DNA of 40,317 bases from Hydrurus foetidus (lineage: Eukaryota). The stretch covers positions 1-40,317 of the forward strand of contig UYFQ01000318.1 of the NCBI GenBank assembly GCA_900617105.1. Direction: 5' to 3'. Each line of letters opens with the position of its first letter. Within the stretch, counting starts at the first letter, position 1. Under the pieces are notes generated by a model. That model made no database searches. It was given only the letters and a program-made list of their open reading frames with translations, and had not been told where the DNA came from. The position numbers and the translations under genes were made by a program. Of the stretch, positions 32,801 through 40,317 are shown in pieces.

Positions 32801-34631
32801 GGCGAAAGCTGCCAAGGTTGAGAGGCCTTTATTTGCTGAATTCTGAGCGCTGTTCTGGGTTGCCATCATCGCCATCATCGGTTACTGCGGCAGATTCCAC
32901 TTCGGCGAGTCCTCCCTCGCTTCGAGCTTCTCCAACGGTCGGTAAGTCTTCTTCGAGAATTGCCGGGGTGTTCATTGTTCAGTGTTCCATACACATCTCA
33001 TAGAATATACGTATGTTTACTGTGGGCCCACACAGGTTCTGTACGTACATCACCCTGTCCTGGACGTAGCAATAGGCTTATCTGGCATCGAGGACCTCCT
33101 GTACACTGTACTCTGTACTCTGTACTCTGTATAATGCAGCATACAGCAGCTACAACACCGCTCCAATATCTTACGTCCAGAGAACCTCATGACATCGTGA
33201 CACCTGTCCACGCGTAGTCATGGCTGGTATCTGAGATTCGACCGTTAGTCGAAAAGTAGTGTAGCAGCACCAAACACCACGGATCTCAAAATCCCGAGAT
33301 TTGATTCCATGATTGATTTGTCGAATATATGGCGAAAGCTGCCAAGGTTGAGAGGCCTTTATTTGCTGAATTCTGAGCGCTGTTCTGGGTTGCCATCATC
33401 GCCATCATCGGTTACTGCGGCAGATTCCACTTCGGCGAGTCCTCCCTCGCTTCGAGCTTCTCCAACGGTCGGTAAGTCTTCTTCGAGAATTGCCGGGGTG
33501 TTCATTGTTCAGTGTTCCATACACATCTCATAGAATATACGTATGTTTACTGTGGGCCCACACAGGTTCTGTACGTACATCACCCTGTCCTGGACGTAGC
33601 AATAGGCTTATCTGGCATCGAGGACCTCCTGTACACTGTACTCTGTACTCTGTACTCTGTATAATGCAGCATACAGCAGCTACAACACCGCTCCAATATC
33701 TTACGTCCAGAGAACCTCATGACATCGTGACACCTGTCCACGCGTAGTCATGGCTGGTATCTGAGATTCGACCGTTAGTCGAAAAGTAGTGTAGCAGCAC
33801 CAAACACCACGGATCTCAAAATCCCGAGATTTGATTCCATGATTGATTTGTCGAATATATGGCGAAAGCTGCCAAGGTTGAGAGGCCTTTATTTGCTGAA
33901 TTCTGAGCGCTGTTCTGGGTTGCCATCATCGCCATCATCGGTTACTGCGGCAGATTCCACTTCGGCGAGTCCTCCCTCGCTTCGAGCTTCTCCAACGGTC
34001 GGTAAGTCTTCTTCGAGAATTGCCGGGGTGTTCATTGTTCAGTGTTCCATACACATCTCATAGAATATACGTATGTTTACTGTGGGCCCACACAGGTTCT
34101 GTACGTACATCACCCTGTCCTGGACGTAGCAATAGGCTTATCTGGCATCGAGGACCTCCTGTACACTGTACTCTGTACTCTGTACTCTGTATAATGCAGC
34201 ATACAGCAGCTACAACACCGCTCCAATATCTTACGTCCAGAGAACCTCATGACATCGTGACACCTGTCCACGCGTAGTCATGGCTGGTATCTGAGATTCG
34301 ACCGTTAGTCGAAAAGTAGTGTAGCAGCACCAAACACCACGGATCCCAAAATCCCGAGATTTGATTCCATGATTGATTTGTCGAATATATGGCGAAAGCT
34401 GCCAAGGTTGAGAGGCCTTTATTTGCTGAATTCTGAGCGCTATTCTGGGTTGCCATCATCGCCATCATCGGTTACTGCGGCAGATTCCACTTCGGCGAGT
34501 CCTCCCTCGCTTCGAGCTTCTCCAACGGTCGGTAAGTCTTCTTCGAGAATTGCCGGGGTGTTCATTGTTCAGTGTTCCATACACATCTCATAGAATATAC
34601 GTATGTTTACTGTGGGCCCACACAGGTTCTG
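29848..34631. repeat. 530-bp tandem array, block 2 (about 9 near-identical units; starts at 30320, 30850, 31379, 31909, 32439, 32969, 33499, 34029, 34559)
   Basis: Same unit as block 1, also visible as identical ORF calls every 530 bp; cut by the Gypsy LTR at 34632. Confidence 0.97.
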
Positions 34632-34839
34632 TGTGGCTCCCTCAGGGTCTGCTACCCCATTCAGCCGATTAGATGCTGTTTCTACCTTAGTACCTTCGTG
34701 TTCACAGCCACGACTATCAGTCACTAGCTAGTTTGTGCTGCTTTGCAGAAGTTACTAGCGTACCTTCTGTTTGCATCCCTAACTAACCAGCTCCTTTTAG
34801 CCTTTTGACTTCCCTTCTCTCTAGCCCTCAAAGGCCACA
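34632..34839 (+). repeat. Gypsy 5' LTR (208 bp)
   Basis: Perfect TGTGGC...GCCACA ends; homologous to 587-794. Confidence 0.93.
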
Positions 34840-35398
34840 GTAGATCTACTTCCTTTAGTTTCTCTTCTTTAGACCCTATCCTCCTACTCTAAGCTACCAT
34901 CCTCTACGCTACCCTGCTGCCCTAACTCCCGATTACCCTGCGTGGAGAATCTCGAATTTTATTCGAAATTCTCGTTTGCGAGCAATTCTTACTGTCGCGA
35001 GCAAGTCTCCGAAGTCTGGTTGCCGTAAACTTAGTCACTCGGAATCTCCCGATACTTGACTATTTTGTGGTTGCTTGAGTTTCATCTCAGCAATCCCATA
35101 CCTTTGTGCAGAGTTAACTCCGTTAACTTCTGCCCAACTCTCGCTTCAAGCTTGGCTTGATAGACGTCCGTGGATAGCTTCGTCTTCCACGCCGTTCTCG
35201 TGGTTGGTCGAGCACGTCTCCCAATCCCGGCTCATTTTGTGCGGATTGATTCATTCATCCGCCCAGAACACACTTGACTTACTTTGCTTCGCCTAATCGC
35301 CTGTTTGATTTTCATCCAAACGGCACGAGGCGAAGCCCTTGCAAATTTTTTTTGGCGACTCTCGCCATTTAAATTGTCAAGACATAAGTCATCTAACG

Positions 35399-38300
35399 AT
35401 GCCGTTATCCGACGAATCCTCGGAGATCTCGCCGTCGCTCGCCGAAGTAATTACTCCGACAGAACCGGCAGCGACGACAGTTGCGACAATCCAGTCGACA
35501 ACAACAACACCGACAGCATTAGCTGCGTCTGATGGAATTGATCGACCTGTATTCCCAGTAACAATACTGGGACCTACCAACAGTTCCAATCAGGCGCCGC
35601 CCAATCGTCACGACGACGACGTTCGCAAAGCGCGACAACACAGCAATGTCACGTTGCGTTCGTCAGACGCCAACTCCAACCGTCAACAGCTACGCCCTAA
35701 CAGCGACACTGAACGGGAGGATGACGACGGCGACGAGAACCCTCGCCACCGCGTAGATTCACCCCCCCAACGATTCTTACAGCGTAAGGGCCGCGACAGT
35801 TATGATAATATAACTCGTCGAGGATACCCTTTGGAAGGGGATGATGCAGGCGACTACCCGCCCACCCCCAACCAACAGAGTGGTAGCGAAGACGGTCGTG
35901 ACGATAATCGCCACGATAACCGTCGACGCAACGATGATTATCAACGCCATGATGATTACCGTCCACACAACGATGATAATCGAACCAATAACGATTATCA
36001 GCGTTCTCAAAACGACAATCGTCAATATGACAACGATAGTCGTCTTACTTACGATGACTCCAACCCTCCTAGGGACAACCGTAATACGGACCCTTCCTAC
36101 GGGACGGAGTACCGTAACAACACTCGTCGCGATAGTGACGGACGTCAATATAACGACGATCGCCGCACTGACAACAATCAACGTCAGAACGATAGTCGTC
36201 GTTATGATGATTCCCGTCAGAATGACGATAGTCAGTACAACGACAACGATGGTCGTCGCGGTTACGACACCCAATTCAACGACGATAACAGACGTCAATA
36301 CGACGATCGACGCAACAGCGACAATCGTCGCAACGACGACAACCCACGTCATAATGACGGGCGTCGCGATAACGACCGTCGTCAACAGGACGACAACCCT
36401 AACAGGGATAGTCGCAGAGACACTTTCCAACGTCACAACGATAACCCCCAAAGGGATAATCGTAATTACGAGGATTCTCGTCGTAATGACAACCCAAACA
36501 GGGGAAATTATTCGACAAACACTCGCAATTTCGATAATTTTCGCGACGACAACAACGACAGTTTCCGCCAGGGAGACAACAACCCCAATAGGAGAAGTCG
36601 TCGAGAACCCCCACAGGGTTACGATGACAGTCCCCCAAGAGATTATCCTCAAGGAGACAATCGTCGCCAACAGGATACCTCCAACCGAGGCAATCGTAAT
36701 ACTGACGGTCGTCAGTACAACGACAACCAGTACGAGGACGAACGTGCGACTCCACGGGCAACCGTACGCGTTACCGACAATTCTCGACTACTCGCGAGTC
36801 GCGATACGCGCATCCCCGAAAATGTGGAGACAATAACCCGCACAGCGGACGTTCCTCGCAAACGCGCGTCACCTCCACAAGAGGGTCCCACGTCACGCAA
36901 GCGACAAGCTTCCCCACCAGGGTCACCGGAACGGCCTACATACGTACGTACGTTCACCGGTGACACGGATTACAACCCACAACCCCAACGAGTCATCCAG
37001 GAGATCCCACGGGAAATTCGGGTTCCTAACCCACTCCCCTTGGATCCTCCAGACATCGTGGTACTGCCTGCAACGGATCGCATAATCGATTACGAGCAGC
37101 AAACAGCAGCATTCCGTGCACAAGCTGCAGGGGGCGGTCCCGACCCCAATGCAGCGCACCCGGTACGACCACCGATACCACGGTACATACACGATCGTAC
37201 GTCACCGATCAACGTACCCGCGGTACAGTTTGCCACACCCAATGCGGCACCTACAGCGCTTGTAGTGGGTGGCCGTGCTGTGGACGATGGTTCCCGACCC
37301 ATCTCCGCTATTGCCTTGCAAACGGTACTTTACGTTCTCAACGTAAATGCGTCAGGCATTATTGGACAAGAGGCCGCACGGGAGTTTTTCGAACACTCCC
37401 AGAGGTGGACCAACAACTATGATGTTGGTCAAGTCATCTCGACTAAAGCAGTCAGGTGTATCGATGATCAGATCCATACGGATCAAGATTATCCATATGC
37501 GGAAGAGACACGTAAAGTGTGGCTCCAAACACTGACTGTCCCTCAAGTAGCACAATTAGTCCTGCGCTACTTTCGCGCGGACACACAGCTGGGGCAGTCA
37601 CTAGCTGAGCATTTCTCAGAAGTCCATCTCGCCTTTTGTTACAACAAAAGGGAGATTGAGATGCGCTGCATGACTCAGTTTCGTGAGGTGGTGGAGAACC
37701 ATGTACAAGTACATGGCCCACTCAGCACCTCCGACCATGCTGCACTCACTCTCATCTTCGAGAAAAAGATGCCTCTTAACGGTGCCATCACCGCAAAATA
37801 CAAAGAGCATAAACGCGTCAACCCGCATGACGTGGACGATTGGGAATTCGCGATGCGTCGCTTCTTCTCCCAAGTCAATGCGGTACGACAACTTCAGCTA
37901 CACGTAGCGGCTTTTGGGGACCCCAACGACATTTATTGTCACCCCGCTACCCAAAATCCATACGGGTTGTCTCTCACGACGAACCCCAAAACCCTGTTGG
38001 TTGGTGCGGCACTCCCAGCTTTACCACCGCTGGCACTGCCAACAACACCACTCCGACAGTGTAACTCGTGTGGACACAGCGACCATCTGCTGAAAAACTG
38101 CCCACACATGTGGATGGTGGATTCAAACACCAACCACAATGTTCCGTGGGACCACTCCAACATGGGTCGCACGTGGGCACAATACGGTCATGCGACCTAC
38201 CCTATCAATGATCGCATCCCTGGTCTGGGCCGCTTCAAAATTCACATACCCCGTCGTGAAACAAATTTCACTGATGAGGTACTGAATAAAACTCAGCCCC

Positions 38301-39268
38301 CAGGGGGTGGTCAGAAGAAAAAATACCAAGGGAACCCCAATCATGGGGGGAACTATAATCGGAGTTCCACCAACAAACCGCGATACGGTTCTGGTGGACA
38401 AAACACCACGTTGGCCAACAACACCTCCATCAACGCAGCCCACAGTGGTCTACCGCCCGCAGCCGCATATGATGGTACGTTACCTCATGTCACGGTGGTG
38501 GAGTCATTAGTAGTGGCGATACATGCTGCTAGCACATGTAACCCTACCGATACACCACCACCTTTATGTATACTCAACTCTGATATACTCGTAACTAATA
38601 CATTGGAGGTCTCAACCCCCTCCAATACTATATCGGATAACACTAACAATGTTCTTCCCACATGTCTTCACGTGTTACAGCCACTCCATACCTCCCTGCC
38701 TCTAATCTCGGAGGTGCTGGCGGCATGCCATAACCAGACCGACATGTCGGAAATACCGCTCATAGGTACGTTACCGTCTGACTCACTTGTAGCAGCGGTA
38801 CACTCAACAAATCCTAATGAACTTCTTTCATTATTGGTGTTCAAGGATGAACGAAGAACCTTGCAGGGACACGCCCCCACCACAGCCGCGTCAGCACCCC
38901 AGTCCACGGGACTTAGTCTTACAGCGCACGCGCTCCTAGACACGGGTAGCATGGCCGGCGATTTTGTTTCCAAATCACTGCTTGTCTCACTCGATGCACT
39001 TGCTCATTGTTATGTGTCTTCAACCGCACTTAATGTTTGTAGCGGTCTCGATGGCACTTGTTATAGGTGTAATACCTTAGTCGATTTAGGCCTTACTTTT
39101 CTCGATGATAGTAATATTAAGCACACTATCTATATCACTTTTAGTGTTAATCCTTTTGCACAATTGGATCTGATCATCGGACGCAAGTCCCTAAATCAAC
39201 ACAACTTGTTTGTGCTGACGCCGAAACGTATGGGCTTTGACTATCGAAACGTCACCCAGCCCAGATGA
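35399..39268 (+). CDS. gag: Gag-protease polyprotein with a long N/D/R/Q-rich low-complexity region
   Basis: First ATG at 35399 (MPLSDESS); CX2CX4HX4C knuckle CNSCGHSDHLLKNC; aspartic protease ALLDTGS...LIIGR. Confidence 0.88.
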   Translation: MPLSDESSEISPSLAEVITPTEPAATTVATIQSTTTTPTALAASDGIDRPVFPVTILGPTNSSNQAPPNRHDDDVRKARQHSNVTLRSSDANSNRQQLRPNSDTEREDDDGDENPRHRVDSPPQRFLQRKGRDSYDNITRRGYPLEGDDAGDYPPTPNQQSGSEDGRDDNRHDNRRRNDDYQRHDDYRPHNDDNRTNNDYQRSQNDNRQYDNDSRLTYDDSNPPRDNRNTDPSYGTEYRNNTRRDSDGRQYNDDRRTDNNQRQNDSRRYDDSRQNDDSQYNDNDGRRGYDTQFNDDNRRQYDDRRNSDNRRNDDNPRHNDGRRDNDRRQQDDNPNRDSRRDTFQRHNDNPQRDNRNYEDSRRNDNPNRGNYSTNTRNFDNFRDDNNDSFRQGDNNPNRRSRREPPQGYDDSPPRDYPQGDNRRQQDTSNRGNRNTDGRQYNDNQYEDERATPRATVRVTDNSRLLASRDTRIPENVETITRTADVPRKRASPPQEGPTSRKRQASPPGSPERPTYVRTFTGDTDYNPQPQRVIQEIPREIRVPNPLPLDPPDIVVLPATDRIIDYEQQTAAFRAQAAGGGPDPNAAHPVRPPIPRYIHDRTSPINVPAVQFATPNAAPTALVVGGRAVDDGSRPISAIALQTVLYVLNVNASGIIGQEAAREFFEHSQRWTNNYDVGQVISTKAVRCIDDQIHTDQDYPYAEETRKVWLQTLTVPQVAQLVLRYFRADTQLGQSLAEHFSEVHLAFCYNKREIEMRCMTQFREVVENHVQVHGPLSTSDHAALTLIFEKKMPLNGAITAKYKEHKRVNPHDVDDWEFAMRRFFSQVNAVRQLQLHVAAFGDPNDIYCHPATQNPYGLSLTTNPKTLLVGAALPALPPLALPTTPLRQCNSCGHSDHLLKNCPHMWMVDSNTNHNVPWDHSNMGRTWAQYGHATYPINDRIPGLGRFKIHIPRRETNFTDEVLNKTQPPGGGQKKKYQGNPNHGGNYNRSSTNKPRYGSGGQNTTLANNTSINAAHSGLPPAAAYDGTLPHVTVVESLVVAIHAASTCNPTDTPPPLCILNSDILVTNTLEVSTPSNTISDNTNNVLPTCLHVLQPLHTSLPLISEVLAACHNQTDMSEIPLIGTLPSDSLVAAVHSTNPNELLSLLVFKDERRTLQGHAPTTAASAPQSTGLSLTAHALLDTGSMAGDFVSKSLLVSLDALAHCYVSSTALNVCSGLDGTCYRCNTLVDLGLTFLDDSNIKHTIYITFSVNPFAQLDLIIGRKSLNQHNLFVLTPKRMGFDYRNVTQPR

Positions 39269-40317
39269 CATCGGTCTACTTCCCTTACGGGCAGAGTCCG
39301 ACATTGGTACAGATCCACATACCGACGTCTGTTGTCATCATAGTGACGCTGTCGAATCGCGTAGTCCTTGTACACAGTGTCGCCTAATTACCGACACTGC
39401 AGACAATGGAGACGAAGGTCACTCGAGCACCCACCGTATTCCAACAGTGGGAGAAGAGTGGGGTCCATCTGCGCTATGGACGGGCAGTGGTCTTAACCGC
39501 CCCCCTTCTGAGACCGGGACGAGAGTGAACACAGTAACACTTAACGCCGCGAGCGTTTTGCCGTGCGGAATCAATCTCAATGGAGATGAGATTGATGATG
39601 ACAAAACGGATGCATTCGGTCCGTTTCTTTCTGCATTGATGAAAGACCCTACCCCAACAGGTAGGGCGAACGATGTCATCTCGACAGTCACCTTTGGTGG
39701 GTCGGACGCTCTGCAAACAGCATGCAGAGCATTATGTACCAAATTTATTGACATCTTTCAAGATGAGGTGGCTCGTGAACCGGCCCGAATACCTCCTTTT
39801 GATATTGATCATAAGGCGGCACAATGGGAAGTACCTGGTAACAGGACCCCGCTCCGTCCCCAATCCTCACAGAAGGAGGAGGCGATTCACAATAACCTTC
39901 AGGATCTGATACGGATTGGGGTGGTTGAGAAGTCTAACGCGGTATACTACAGTCACCCTGTAGTAGTACAGAAGTCACCCGGACAATACCGTGTATGTAT
40001 TGACTTCCGGCCACTTAATAACTGTACGGAGTCGGCCAGTTGGCCACTCCCAACATTCCAGCAATGTTTGAACGCATTGGCGCTCGTCAACCTGACATCT
40101 TTGGGGTTATGGACTTAACGTCCGGCTACCATCAAGCACCCCTTACGGCATCAGCCAAAATCCTGACTGCATTTATATGCTTCTCTGGAATTTATCAATT
40201 CACTCGATTGCCTTTCGGCCTCAAACGTGCCCCATCATACTTCCAGGAGATGATGGCCACGGTTGTCCTTGCGGGCCTTTTATATGTAACATGTGAGATG
40301 TATCTCGATGATTGCAA
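39237..40317 (+). CDS. pol: Pol reverse transcriptase (partial; +1 frame relative to gag; further frameshift near 40050)
   Basis: YYSHPVVVQK...YRVCIDFRPLN...WPLP, then in the shifted frame NIPAMFERIG...MDLTSGYHQ...TAF...RLPFGLKRAPSYFQ...YLDD. Confidence 0.9.

Larger units (their letters stand above)
34632..40317 (+). mobile_element. Ty3/Gypsy LTR retrotransposon (same family as the element at the window start), running off the window end
   Basis: 5' LTR, long gag-PR ORF, then Gypsy-type RT motifs. Confidence 0.95.

Noticed and set aside
23401..34593. Recurrent 74-aa and 85-aa ORFs in the tandem array
   Set aside because: They start at TTG or internal codons, show no recognisable domain, and recur only because the DNA is repeated.
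29848..34631. CRISPR-like array
   Set aside because: Units are 530 bp and identical end to end, with no unique spacers and no cas genes, in a eukaryotic context.
587..34839. One giant 34-kb LTR element bounded by the two Gypsy LTRs
   Set aside because: The polarity is wrong: the left LTR follows a chromodomain and PPT (3' LTR) and the right LTR precedes gag (5' LTR).
35777..36836. Long overlapping ORFs (297 aa minus, 331 aa plus) inside gag
   Set aside because: These are shadow frames of GAC/AAC/CGT-rich low-complexity codons, giving V/I/T-rich nonsense sequence.

Overview
Eukaryotic, intron-containing, transposon-dense window. The Copia type suggests a stramenopile/ochrophyte host, which is an inference. 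Left to right: (1) the 3' end of a chromodomain Gypsy element; (2) three two-gene PIF/Harbinger-superfamily (PHIS) DNA transposons, at 821-3956, 4511-7229 and 7889-10495; (3) an inverted pair of intronless host-like genes encoding signal peptide + NAD-dependent nucleotide-sugar epimerase + an uncharacterised, possibly glycosyltransferase-like C-terminal domain, with the + copy split by a Gypsy 3'UTR/LTR fragment that itself carries the third Harbinger and the - copy intact; (4) a near-homogeneous 530-bp tandem array in two blocks; (5) a full-length CoDi-like Copia inserted in the first array unit, with TG...GA LTRs and a primer site matching the anticodon arm of tRNA-Arg(UCU); (6) a fourth Harbinger (25488-28830) and a Tourist-like MITE between the array blocks; (7) a Gypsy element of the same family as the first, inserted in the array, with a very long N/D/R/Q-rich Gag and a palindrome where the tRNA primer site should be. 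No rRNA, tRNA or CRISPR was seen. Boundaries were read by eye and no database searches were run.
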